From positions 80,675 to 144,674 of the forward strand of contig CANLBN010000005.1 of assembly GCA_947488935.1 (NCBI GenBank): a stretch of 64,000 nt of DNA, read 5' to 3'. The stretch comes from an uncultured Pseudomonadales bacterium. GTDB taxonomy: Bacteria > Pseudomonadota > Gammaproteobacteria > Pseudomonadales > Cellvibrionaceae. Both the position numbers and the translations under genes were made by a program. The first letter of the stretch is position 1. Each line of letters opens with the position of its first letter. Below the pieces are notes generated by a model. It was not told the origin of the DNA, did not search any database, and saw only the letters and a program-made list of their open reading frames with translations. Shown here one piece after another: positions 9,086 to 18,412 of this stretch.

Positions 9086-9099
9086 CTCCCGAGTGCGCT
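9086..9099 (+). repeat. Direct repeat of tRNA-Arg 3' end (att-like copy 3)
   Basis: ctcccgagtgcgct is identical over 14 nt to copy 2 (8013-8026) and over 13 nt to the tRNA 3' end. Confidence 0.65.
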
Positions 9100-9212
9100 C
9101 CTTGGTTAGAGATAGATATGCCTTACTTTGAAAAGACCAGCAAAGTCATTTAGAGTGGTACGGTATTGACGGATCTCGTCGATAATCTAGAGAATCATTG
9201 CTGATATATTTT

Positions 9213-9680
9213 ATGGATTTATATAGCACAATTAAAACTCTTCATATTCTTAGCTCAGCAATATTGTTCGGTACGGGAATTGGCATTGCTTTTTTCATGT
9301 TTCGGTCTTGGTTTACGGATAATATTCAAGAAAAGTTATATGCTGCAAGGAATACGGTACTTGCAGATTATCTATTCACATTTCCAGCCGTTGTCATCCA
9401 ACCTTTGTCGGGCATAGCGCTAATTTATATGGCGGGCTTTGATTGGTCAGCTTATTGGTTAATGGCCACCTATGTTATCTATATGGTTGCAGGCTTATGT
9501 TGGCTGCTAGTTGTTTGGATACAAATACAGCTTAAAAATATGTGTATAGAAGCTGCGAAAAACGGCACTGCATTGCCCACAAAGTATAATAAGCTCTTTA
9601 AAATATGGCTCTTACTCGGGTGGCCAGCTTTCTCAGGGCTGGTTGCTGTGTTTTATCTTATGGTGGCTAAACCTGTATGA
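9213..9680 (+). CDS. DUF2269-family integral membrane protein
   Basis: About 155 aa with 4 TM segments and N-terminus MDLYSTIKTLHILSSAILFGTGIGIAFFMF. ATG at 9213 preferred over the TTG at 9198. The stop overlaps the next ATG (ATGA at 9677-9680). Confidence 0.6.
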   Translation: MDLYSTIKTLHILSSAILFGTGIGIAFFMFRSWFTDNIQEKLYAARNTVLADYLFTFPAVVIQPLSGIALIYMAGFDWSAYWLMATYVIYMVAGLCWLLVVWIQIQLKNMCIEAAKNGTALPTKYNKLFKIWLLLGWPAFSGLVAVFYLMVAKPV

Positions 9681-10678
9681 CCGATTTAAAGGAAAAAAGT
9701 GGTGTATGGTTTGTGTACGACGGAGATTGTCCGGTCTGTACTCGTGCCGCAGAAGCCTTGCGCATAAAACAGGAATTCGGTTCCCTATTTACACTGAATG
9801 CAAGAGACATCAACGATGATCCATTAATTGATGAGATCAACAGGCGAGGCCTCGATCTCGATGAGGGGATGGTGATCTACACGGGTGGTCAGTTCTATCA
9901 CGGAAAAGATGCCTTGAAATTTATGGCAAAGCATGGAGAAGCCAAGAATATCTTTATGGCAGCTTTTAAAGGACTGTTTTGGTCAGATAGTCTTTCTAGG
10001 CTTTTGTACCCCTGGATGCGTGGAACGCGCAATTGGCTACTGCGTCGAAGGCGTGTTGGTCGTATTGATAATCTCGAGCTTAAAAAAGAGCCAATATTTA
10101 AATCTATTTTTGGCGAGAGCTGGAATAATTTGCCGCCAGTGATGAAAAAGCATTATGCAAATAGTCCCTATTCTAATGAGGTGACAACTGTAGAGGGGAC
10201 GGTGGATGTTTTTTGTAAGCCACCACTGCTGTGGCTCTCTCCATTAATGAGATTGTTAGGTCAAATTCCAGCATTCAATAATAACAATGTGCCAGTGACC
10301 GTTTGTTTTGAGAGCGACTTAAATTCCAAAGCCTTTCACTTTAACAGAAGCTTTAACTTTTTAAATGGCAAACCCTATGCTTTTCATTCTCGCATGCTTC
10401 AGATTAAAGGTAATGAAGTGATTGAAATTATGCGGTTTGGGCTGGGCTGGAAAATGCAATATTCATGGGATGGAGAAAAGGCCATTTTGGCACACAGGGG
10501 CTATGTTCTTGAGCTCTTCGGCCATTTTATCCCACTGCCACTCACAATGCTCATGGGAGTCAGTAATGCGGTAGAGTATCCCGTTGATGACAATACATTT
10601 GATATGGAGGTTAGTATCACCCATCCGTGGTGGGGGCAGATGTATGGCTACAAAGGACGTTTTGAGGTGATCAATTGA
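9677..10678 (+). CDS. DCC-family thiol-disulfide oxidoreductase domain fused to a DUF4166-like domain
   Basis: N-terminal VYDGDCPVCTRAAEAL is the DUF393/DCC CxxC motif. The C-terminal ~200 aa resembles DUF4166, the usual partner of saccharopine-dehydrogenase-like genes. Translationally coupled on both sides. Confidence 0.7.
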   Translation: MTDLKEKSGVWFVYDGDCPVCTRAAEALRIKQEFGSLFTLNARDINDDPLIDEINRRGLDLDEGMVIYTGGQFYHGKDALKFMAKHGEAKNIFMAAFKGLFWSDSLSRLLYPWMRGTRNWLLRRRRVGRIDNLELKKEPIFKSIFGESWNNLPPVMKKHYANSPYSNEVTTVEGTVDVFCKPPLLWLSPLMRLLGQIPAFNNNNVPVTVCFESDLNSKAFHFNRSFNFLNGKPYAFHSRMLQIKGNEVIEIMRFGLGWKMQYSWDGEKAILAHRGYVLELFGHFIPLPLTMLMGVSNAVEYPVDDNTFDMEVSITHPWWGQMYGYKGRFEVIN

Positions 10679-11769
10679 GGCGTGTTCTTGTCATCGGTGG
10701 CTATGGCAATTTTGGGCGTTTCATTTCTCAAAGCTTAGCCGATCAACACAGTATAAATCTTATTATCGCCGGGCGTTCCTTGAGCAAGGCTCAATCACTT
10801 GCAGAGGCAATTAATGCTGAAGCCGCGGTGATTGATATTCACGAAAACCTTAAAGCGCGACTACAAGACATCAAGCCTGATATTGTCATCCATACATCAG
10901 GGCCATTTCAATCGCAGGGTTATGAGGTTGCCGAGGCCTGTATTGACTGTGGTGCCCACTATATTGATCTAGCCGATGCACGGGAGTTTGTTGCAGGCAT
11001 TGATAGCCTTGATAAAAAAGCCAAGCAGGCGGGTATGCTAGTGGTTAGTGGGGCAAGCTCTGTGCCGTGCCTTACCTCAGCTCTTATTGATGATTACAGA
11101 GGTGAGTTTAAGACATTAGAGAGTCTTGATTACGGTATAACGACAGCACAAAAGACAACGCGTGGCGTGGCAACTACCGCTGCGATACTGAGCTACACGG
11201 GAAAGCCATTCAAAACTCTTATTGATAGTGAAGAAAAAGATGTTTACGGGTGGCAGGATTTACGTGTACAAAAATACTCTGGTTTAGGTAAAAGATTACT
11301 TGGGAATTGTAATGTTCCTGATTTGGAGTTATTTCCTAAAATGTATCCCGAGTTAAAAACGGTGAGATTTTACGCCGGCTTAGAGCTGCCTTTTATTCAT
11401 GTTACGCTCTGGGCTTTATCATGGCTGGTGCGTATTGGCTTGGTAAGAAGCTTGGAGCCGACAGCACCGCTTTTACTAAAGTTATCGTTTTTATTTGATG
11501 GGCTTGGCAGTGCAAACAGTGGATTTTATATGGATTTAACCGGTAAGGGTAAGAATGGCGAGAATAAAGCCATACATTTCGAGTTAATAGCCCGGAGTGG
11601 CGATGGCCCATTTATACCGTGTATACCAGCAATTTTATTGGCTAAGAAGTTGGCAAATGGCGAAATAAAAGATACAGGTGCAACACCCTGTGTCGGGATT
11701 ATTACTAAAAAAGAATATTTAGAGGCTCTTGGAGAACTGAATATTAGTTGGACAGAGAAGCAATCTTGA
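10675..11769 (+). CDS. Saccharopine dehydrogenase-like NAD(P)-binding protein
   Basis: VLVIGGYGNFGRFI Rossmann motif. The TTG start overlaps the upstream TGA (10675-10678), with GAGGTGA RBS 5-11 nt upstream. Confidence 0.75.
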   Translation: MRRVLVIGGYGNFGRFISQSLADQHSINLIIAGRSLSKAQSLAEAINAEAAVIDIHENLKARLQDIKPDIVIHTSGPFQSQGYEVAEACIDCGAHYIDLADAREFVAGIDSLDKKAKQAGMLVVSGASSVPCLTSALIDDYRGEFKTLESLDYGITTAQKTTRGVATTAAILSYTGKPFKTLIDSEEKDVYGWQDLRVQKYSGLGKRLLGNCNVPDLELFPKMYPELKTVRFYAGLELPFIHVTLWALSWLVRIGLVRSLEPTAPLLLKLSFLFDGLGSANSGFYMDLTGKGKNGENKAIHFELIARSGDGPFIPCIPAILLAKKLANGEIKDTGATPCVGIITKKEYLEALGELNISWTEKQS

Positions 11770-12030
11770 ATGCCAATTATTGATCGAAACTAAGCGTTAA
11801 TCTACTATTTCTAAGTTAAAATAAAATCATATTGTTAGTTGTGATTCTATAACGGGCTGCTTCTTTTTTATAGTTGCCGCACCTTGTAGTGGTGATGTTT
11901 ATCACTCATAAAAATATCGTGCTAAATAATATATGTTTTCAAGGCTCTATGGTACGGTTGTACAATCTAGAGTAGGCCTTAAAGTAGGTAGGCACTTCTA
12001 AAAAAACGCCGTAGATATAAGGAATTTACA

Positions 12031-13755
12031 ATGGCAAGTGACGAACAATTACCGCATAAATTAATGGCATTGATCGCTTTAATTCAAGGTTTTTGCCTGT
12101 TATACCTTCATCAGTCTATAGAGTTAGAATATTGGCCAAGTAATAGCCCTCAGTGGTTATTTGCTTTTTATAGTATGGCACTTGTATTACCTATCATGCT
12201 ATTGCTTAGCCTCAAGCCTGGTAATACTATTGCTATTGTAAAATATACTTTTTCGTTTGCGTTTGTATGTAGCCTGCTTGGTTATTATGTCGGCTCGCAG
12301 GCGACTCCTTTAGAGCATGTTCGCTATGGCGGTTTGCTATTCGCCTATGCTCTGACTATTGGCTTGGCGACATTCAAGGCTCTTATATATATACAACAAA
12401 TAGCAGCAGGCGAGCGTATGAGCTATGCTGGTTTGTTCGTTTGGTCGTGGCGAAACTTTCTTACACTCTCACTCTCATTGATTTTTGCAGGCTGTTTTTT
12501 GCTAATACTCCTACTTTGGGCTGGATTATTTAGCGCAATCAATATTGATTTTTTTAGAGAGCTTTTTAAATCCCCTTGGTTTTATTACCCTGCTATTGCC
12601 TTGGCAAATGGCTTTGGAATCATCATCTTTCGCAGGCTAACTCATATCATTGATACGATCACACGCTTGCAACAAGCGTTGATGAAGTTCTTACTTATTT
12701 TGCTTGTGCTTGTTTCTATATTGTTTCTTTGCGCTTTACCTTTTACCGGGCTTGATCCGCTATGGAAGAGTGGTGGTAGCATGCTGATATTGTGGATGCA
12801 GGCAATAATGTTATTTTTTGTCAATGCCGTATATCAAGATGATCCCCAGCAGCGACCATATACGCTTTGGCTGCACCGTTTTGTCTATATTGGTGTAGCC
12901 TTGCTACCTATTTACAGTGCGATATCGTTTTACGGGCTGAGCTTACGTGTTGATCAATATGGTTGGAGCCTTGCGCGCTGTTGGGCGTTTTTAATTTGGT
13001 TTTTGCTAGCGTTGTTCCCATTAGGGTATTGGTGGGGTATTGCAAAAAAACGCGATAGTTGGGCCGCTCAACTTAGCCGTGTTAATGTCGTTGTTGGCTT
13101 AGTTGTTTTGGGAATGATGATGCTTATTAATTCTCCATTACTGGATTTTAGAAAGATTGTTGTCAATGATCAGCTGGAGCGGCTTAAAAATAATCAAATA
13201 GATCTAAATGATTTCGATCTGTATTATTTTCGTCGTAACCTCGCAAGGCCAGGTTACGAAGGAATACAATATATAAAAGAGCAGTACGCATCTACTCACC
13301 CAGAAATAGTTGTGCGTATTAACGAACTATATGTAGATAGAAAAAGTGAGCAACCTTCCTCTACTCAGGAGGAGTTTATCGCCGCATTAACTATCTTGGC
13401 CGAGGGTGTACCTTCAGAGCTGTTAAGTACAATTTATGACAATGAAGTGAGTAATATCTATCAACTGCAAAACACTAAAAAATATTATCTACAATCATTC
13501 GATTTAAATAATGACTCACAGATAGACTACATTTTTGCCTCTCAACGATATAATAGTATTTATTTAATACTGTACTATTTTGAAGGAGATCAATGGAAAA
13601 ATATTAATTTGAGAGCAATAGGTGGCCTAAATGAAGAATCAACGGAGTCTGTTATTAAAGCACTAAAAGCTGGGGAGTTAACTATTACTCGACCCAAGTG
13701 GAACCATCTTAATATTGAAGGCAAAGAATTCCAAGTGAGAGAGGAGAGTTGGTAA
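12031..13755 (+). CDS. Polytopic membrane protein (possibly DUF4153-type) with soluble C-terminal domain
   Basis: 574 aa. About 11-12 hydrophobic segments in the first ~370 aa, then a hydrophilic ~200-aa tail. The family name is an uncertain recollection. Confidence 0.65.
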   Translation: MASDEQLPHKLMALIALIQGFCLLYLHQSIELEYWPSNSPQWLFAFYSMALVLPIMLLLSLKPGNTIAIVKYTFSFAFVCSLLGYYVGSQATPLEHVRYGGLLFAYALTIGLATFKALIYIQQIAAGERMSYAGLFVWSWRNFLTLSLSLIFAGCFLLILLLWAGLFSAINIDFFRELFKSPWFYYPAIALANGFGIIIFRRLTHIIDTITRLQQALMKFLLILLVLVSILFLCALPFTGLDPLWKSGGSMLILWMQAIMLFFVNAVYQDDPQQRPYTLWLHRFVYIGVALLPIYSAISFYGLSLRVDQYGWSLARCWAFLIWFLLALFPLGYWWGIAKKRDSWAAQLSRVNVVVGLVVLGMMMLINSPLLDFRKIVVNDQLERLKNNQIDLNDFDLYYFRRNLARPGYEGIQYIKEQYASTHPEIVVRINELYVDRKSEQPSSTQEEFIAALTILAEGVPSELLSTIYDNEVSNIYQLQNTKKYYLQSFDLNNDSQIDYIFASQRYNSIYLILYYFEGDQWKNINLRAIGGLNEESTESVIKALKAGELTITRPKWNHLNIEGKEFQVREESW

Positions 13756-13903
13756 TTACAATGAATGAGAGGGGAGTGGTTTAAGCCTCGTACCTTTTTA
13801 TATCTGACACTCTCTTTTTCACGAGAGAGCCTCAAATATAGCCGAGGCTAAGACAAGTGGATAGTCATATTTTCCTGTTACTAAACAAATATAAACGGTA
13901 CTT

Positions 13904-13940
13904 TTCACTAGGTTATAACGTGCTCTATTAACCTAGTGAA
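13904..13940. terminator. Strong hairpin between convergent genes (possible bidirectional terminator)
   Basis: ttcactaggtta / taacctagtgaa perfect 12-bp stem (13904-13915 / 13929-13940). No clean T-run on either side. Confidence 0.4.
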
Positions 13941-13995
13941 AGGCCTTTGTTAGAAAACGATTGACTGCCTGTTTATTTTTTCTTTAATGTGATCA

Positions 13996-15570
13996 CTAAT
14001 GGGTATCTACCTTTTCAACAGTAAATTGAGTGATCATTGTATTTAATGCCTCTGTTGCCTCGATAAGCTTTTTATTAAATCCGTTCATTTTTTCTGTCGA
14101 CTCTACGGTGTGTTCTCCAACCGCATGAATATTAGAAATATTTTTATTCAGCTCGTTAGCTACAGTGCTTTGCTCCTCGGTTGCGCAGGCAATACCTACG
14201 CACATGTCAGAGATATTGTCGACGTTATCTAATATGGTAGAGAACTGCTCTTCAAGATTATGAATACTTTCAACACTACTATTTACTTTTTCATGGCTAT
14301 CGTTAATTGAGTTGACTGCATGGGTAGATTTACTCTGTAGCGAAGCAATCATATCGCTTATTTTTCCTGTCGACTCCTGAGTTTTTGCTGCAAGCGCTCG
14401 GACTTCGTCGGCAACAACCGCAAAGCCTCTACCTTGCTCTCCTGCTCTGGCAGCCTCGATTGCTGCATTAAGTGCTAATAGGTTGGTTTGTTCTGCAATG
14501 CTACTTATCACTTCAACAACACTGCTAATTTCTGTTGAGCTATGACTTAAACCCGTAATAATTTGAGAGGAGTTTTCCACAACATCAACCAATTCATTAA
14601 TTGCTGTTTTTGTTTCTCCTAAAATAGTCTTGCCTTTATTTACATTGGTTTTCGATTCATTAGCTGCACTCGATGTGGATGATGCATGCTCAGCAACGTC
14701 TTTGACAGTACCAGATAATTGCTCAGTAGATGCTGCTGCCATTTCGACTTCATTGTAGAGGTTTTTAATTTCGTCACGAGTATTGGTCGATTCGTTATGG
14801 GCATCGTCTGCAGAGGATTTTACATCGGCAGAAATCCCTGACGAGCGATACAGAATAGTGTCTTGTTGTAGTTGTACAAACTTAAATGCGAGTTTTATTT
14901 GGCTGAGTTCGTTGTTATGGCCTGTATAGACGCGTTTAGCAATACTACTGTCAAAGAGCGCTTTGGTCCTTTTGGCAAATTGTGCCCAGGGTTTCGCAAT
15001 GCTCATACCGCACAAAAAGTTGGCAATGAGTAAAAAACCGATACCTGCAAAAATATTGATTGTGCTAATAAATAATGCAATAACAGCGGAAATCGAGAAA
15101 ACTATAAATAGTTTGTTTGCAAGCGTTATACTGTCGATAAAGTGTTTAAATTTATTGAAAAGATTATCTTTTTCAGTGTAAACCCTTTCGGCTTGATTGA
15201 TTAATTTCTGGCTAGGTTTTTGCCTAACAGATTGAAAGCCAATAGTTTTTCCATTTTCACAAATAGGCGTAACAAAGGCATCTACCCAGTAATGGTCGCC
15301 ATTTTTACAACGGTTTTTTACCATCCCCATCCATGGTTTGTTTGCCTTATTATGTTGCCATAATTCACTAAAAGCGTCTTGGGGCATCCATGGGTGCCTA
15401 ACGATATTGTGTGCTTGTCCGATAAGCTCTTCACGAGTGAAGCCGCTGATTGATATAAAGTCATCATTAACATCTAAAATAATACCTTTCTCATTAGTGG
15501 TAGATACTATCTTTTGAGATTTATCGTAATCTAGTTGTTTATTTGTGACTGCTCCGTTATTGCGCATCAA
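13996..15570 (-). CDS. Methyl-accepting chemotaxis protein with N-terminal PAS domain
   Basis: PAS-like [35 protein letters not shown], two TM segments, and the conserved signalling hairpin [35 protein letters not shown]. Confidence 0.9.
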   Translation of the reverse strand: MMRNNGAVTNKQLDYDKSQKIVSTTNEKGIILDVNDDFISISGFTREELIGQAHNIVRHPWMPQDAFSELWQHNKANKPWMGMVKNRCKNGDHYWVDAFVTPICENGKTIGFQSVRQKPSQKLINQAERVYTEKDNLFNKFKHFIDSITLANKLFIVFSISAVIALFISTINIFAGIGFLLIANFLCGMSIAKPWAQFAKRTKALFDSSIAKRVYTGHNNELSQIKLAFKFVQLQQDTILYRSSGISADVKSSADDAHNESTNTRDEIKNLYNEVEMAAASTEQLSGTVKDVAEHASSTSSAANESKTNVNKGKTILGETKTAINELVDVVENSSQIITGLSHSSTEISSVVEVISSIAEQTNLLALNAAIEAARAGEQGRGFAVVADEVRALAAKTQESTGKISDMIASLQSKSTHAVNSINDSHEKVNSSVESIHNLEEQFSTILDNVDNISDMCVGIACATEEQSTVANELNKNISNIHAVGEHTVESTEKMNGFNKKLIEATEALNTMITQFTVEKVDTH

Positions 15571-15815
15571 GTTAACTCCGATTAAAGTGAAGCCCCATTG
15601 GTGGGGGAATATGTATAAAGTATAGGCAGTAAATGTGAAATAGTTGCCTAGTCACACAAAATTTTTAATATCTTTTTCGTCTATAAAATACGGATATATG
15701 AGCGGTATATATCTATCATTAGCCAAAGTGATTGGGCTTGGTTAATTAATAGCTTTGTAGCACTGATTGGCGGGTAAGTAATTGGTAGTACTTTATTATC
15801 ATTGGAGAGGTCTGG

Positions 15816-16559
15816 ATGACATATTGTGTTGGAATTAAAGTAAAGCAGGGCTTAATTTTTTGCTCTGATTCACGAACTAATGCGGGTATTGATCAAGTGA
15901 ATACCTATAAAAAAATGTATACCTTTGGTATGCCTAAACAATGCCAGTACTGTATTTTGGCATCGGGCAATTTAGCCACTACTCAGGGTGTTATTAACCA
16001 AATAAGGAAAGATATAGAAACCGCCGCAGAGTTAAATTTGCTGAGTATTAATAATTTTTATGATGCGGTTGAATATATTGGTCGAATCAGTACCCATCAG
16101 CAGAGCAAGACAGGAGGTGGCCCTGCATTCTCAGCAAGCTTTATTGTCGGTGGGCAAATTGCTGGTAGAGTGCATGAATTAGCAATGATATATCCAGAGG
16201 GTAACTATATAACAGCAACAGAATTAACCCCCTTTTTACAGATAGGTGAGAGTAAATACGGCAAGCCTATTCTGGATCGCATTATCAATGTTGACACACC
16301 ATTAGAGACTTGCGCTCTATGTGCCTTAGTATCTATGGGGTCGACGGTTAAGAGTAATTTAAGTGTAGGTCCACCTATTGATATTCGTTTTTATAATACA
16401 GGTACCTTAAGTCTCGGGGAGCATTATCATTTTGATGAGAATGATAATTACCTTAGGGAGGTGGATAAAGCCTGGAACGCCAAATTAGTTGAGTCCTTTA
16501 TGCAATTGCCTCGTCTGGATAGTGCTGTTCAACAGCAATCACAGACGAATAGGGGGTAA
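15816..16559 (+). CDS. Proteasome-type peptidase, Anbu-like (ancestral beta subunit)
   Basis: MTYCVGIKVKQGLIFCSDSRTNAGIDQVNTYKKM matches the Anbu N-terminus MTYCV...SDSRTNAG, with Thr2 as the putative nucleophile. Confidence 0.8.
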   Translation: MTYCVGIKVKQGLIFCSDSRTNAGIDQVNTYKKMYTFGMPKQCQYCILASGNLATTQGVINQIRKDIETAAELNLLSINNFYDAVEYIGRISTHQQSKTGGGPAFSASFIVGGQIAGRVHELAMIYPEGNYITATELTPFLQIGESKYGKPILDRIINVDTPLETCALCALVSMGSTVKSNLSVGPPIDIRFYNTGTLSLGEHYHFDENDNYLREVDKAWNAKLVESFMQLPRLDSAVQQQSQTNRG

Positions 16560-17582
16560 TCACTCGACTAATGCGATAGCATGGTTTTGCTGATGTGCTT
16601 GTGAGTCTTGCAAGCTCTTGTTGAGTGCTTGTGTAATGCTGTCTTTGTCCTTTAAGCGCTTAATGTTTTCAAATAAGACGGTGGCTTCTGGGTATTGGCG
16701 GCACAGGTAAAATAGCCATTGTTTAAGCCTATTGCCTATGTATTTAGGCGGATACGCCGATACTGTCACGTTAAAAAACTGTAATAATAATGGGCACAAG
16801 TCATGCCATTGCATGACTTTATGGGTAATCTCGGTATTATTGTCGCTACTTTCGCGTTGATGCCATGCGCGTATTTGCAAGGCTAGATCAGGGCACGACA
16901 GTAAGCCTCTACCCAGCATAAAGCTAGTACAGCCTGTAACTTTTTGACAGCGCTGTAAGTCCTCAAGGCTCCATATGTCGCCATTGGCGATAACGGTAAT
17001 AGGTATGGCCTCGCGTATCTCTGCAATATATTCCCAATAGGCGGGGGGCTTGTACCCATCGGCTTTCGAGCGAGCGTGTACGGTGAGTTCGTTAGCGCCA
17101 GCCTCGAAGGCGGCGAGTGCGTTTTCTAAATATTGGCTTCTATCCTCAAAGCCTAGACGTATTTTGGCGGTAACCGGTATATGGCTTGGCACCGAGTTAC
17201 GCGTGGCAGCGATAATATCGTGTACCCTATTGGGTTCTTTGAGTAGGCATGCCCCTCCATCGCTTTTATTAACAGTTTTAGCTGGGCAGCCAAAGTTAAG
17301 GTCAATAGCACTGGCGCCAAGAGCGGCTACGCTTGCTGCATTCTCTGCGATGGGGGTTGGCTTGCCGCCTAGCAGTTGGACTCTGACAGGGGTTTTAGAC
17401 TGCTTAGTCAGGCTATTGTTGAGTAGCTCTGGGCAGCGTTTATAAAAGACTTTGTCTGGGAGTAGGTGGTCATTAATACGGATAAACTCAGTGACACAGG
17501 TGTCAATCCCACCAATAGAGCACAATAAATCGCGCATAATCGCGTCTACTACGCCTTCCATAGGTGCTAGTAAGATTCTCAT
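16560..17582 (-). CDS. dusC: tRNA-dihydrouridine synthase C
   Basis: MRILLAPMEGVVDAIMRDLL...IDLNFGCPAKTVNKSDGGACLL...ANGDIWS are Dus family motifs, with a DusC-like N-terminus. Confidence 0.88.
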   Translation of the reverse strand: MRILLAPMEGVVDAIMRDLLCSIGGIDTCVTEFIRINDHLLPDKVFYKRCPELLNNSLTKQSKTPVRVQLLGGKPTPIAENAASVAALGASAIDLNFGCPAKTVNKSDGGACLLKEPNRVHDIIAATRNSVPSHIPVTAKIRLGFEDRSQYLENALAAFEAGANELTVHARSKADGYKPPAYWEYIAEIREAIPITVIANGDIWSLEDLQRCQKVTGCTSFMLGRGLLSCPDLALQIRAWHQRESSDNNTEITHKVMQWHDLCPLLLQFFNVTVSAYPPKYIGNRLKQWLFYLCRQYPEATVLFENIKRLKDKDSITQALNKSLQDSQAHQQNHAIALVE

Positions 17583-17646
17583 GGCGATTTAGAGGCCTTT
17601 TACGGAATACTTTAGTAAAAAAGGGCAGGTAAGTAGGCTGAAAGGG

Positions 17647-17856
17647 CTAATGCTGAGGCGCGTTATCCTTGTCATTACTTGGTTCTTTGGAAGATATAAA
17701 TGCATAATAATCTTCGCCAAGCGATCGCTCTTCTCGACGTTCAGTCTTTTTGCGGCGTTTACGATGATAAAGATCAACATCAAGGTCTTTACAGGGATCG
17801 TCATCTTCGCGTCGATCTTCGCCTTTGCGGCGATTAATAAAAATTTTATTGTACAT
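17647..17856 (-). CDS. Small highly charged hypothetical protein (Arg/Lys/Asp/Glu-rich)
   Basis: 69-aa ORF MYNKIFINRRKGEDRREDDD...YHRKRRKKTERREERS, co-oriented with and upstream of dusC. Two other ORFs overlap the same DNA, so coding status is uncertain. Confidence 0.35.
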   Translation of the reverse strand: MYNKIFINRRKGEDRREDDDPCKDLDVDLYHRKRRKKTERREERSLGEDYYAFISSKEPSNDKDNAPQH

Positions 17857-18043
17857 GATGTGCGCTAGCTTACTCCAAAAAGTGCATAAATCAACAGTGA
17901 ATAATTATTTTAATAGAAACTCTACACTGAGTTTAGCCGATAAACTTTATAATTCTTGACCTGTATCAAATAAAGACCATAAAAATTTAGTGGTTTGTGC
18001 GCCAGTTACGGTAAAATGCTTAAAATTTTGATGGCCTGAGAGT

Positions 18044-18352
18044 ATGAAAGTTCAAAAACAAATAGAGAGCACCTTGCAAGCGGCATTTTCGCCTAGCTTT
18101 TTGGAGGTTATTAACGAAAGCGATGGACACAATGTCCCCAAGGGTTCTGAAAGCCATTTTAAGGTCATTATTGTTAGCGATTCTTTTGCGAGTCAAAGTC
18201 GAATTCAGCGTCACAAAATGGTTTATAGCGCGGCAGCAAAGGAAGTTGAGCTAGTGCATGCGTTTTCTGTCAGCGCCTTTGATGCCGACGAATGGGATGT
18301 AAAGCAAGGTAGTGTGCCTGCATCACCACCTTGTTTAGGTGGTGGTAAATAG
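18044..18352 (+). CDS. bolA: BolA-family transcriptional regulator
   Basis: LEVINESDGHNVPKGSESHFKVIIVSDSF...RIQRHKMVY...VHAFSVSAF...SPPCLGGG are BolA fold motifs with a BolA-type C-terminus. Confidence 0.85.
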   Translation: MKVQKQIESTLQAAFSPSFLEVINESDGHNVPKGSESHFKVIIVSDSFASQSRIQRHKMVYSAAAKEVELVHAFSVSAFDADEWDVKQGSVPASPPCLGGGK

Positions 18353-18412
18353 ACCCATAAAGAATTTTATATAACCAATCAGTCTTATTGAGAGAGTAAT
18401 TAGCTAAAGATT

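Noticed and set aside
7867-9100. Calling the tRNA-Arg-adjacent segment a genomic island or prophage
   Set aside because: No integrase, excisionase, transposase or phage gene is present. Only att-like repeats and one cargo-like gene are there. It is reported as a scar or remnant, not annotated as a mobile element.
17050-17445. 131-aa + strand ORF inside dusC
   Set aside because: It is antisense to a well-supported Dus-family gene. The product is A/S/L-rich with no recognisable motifs.
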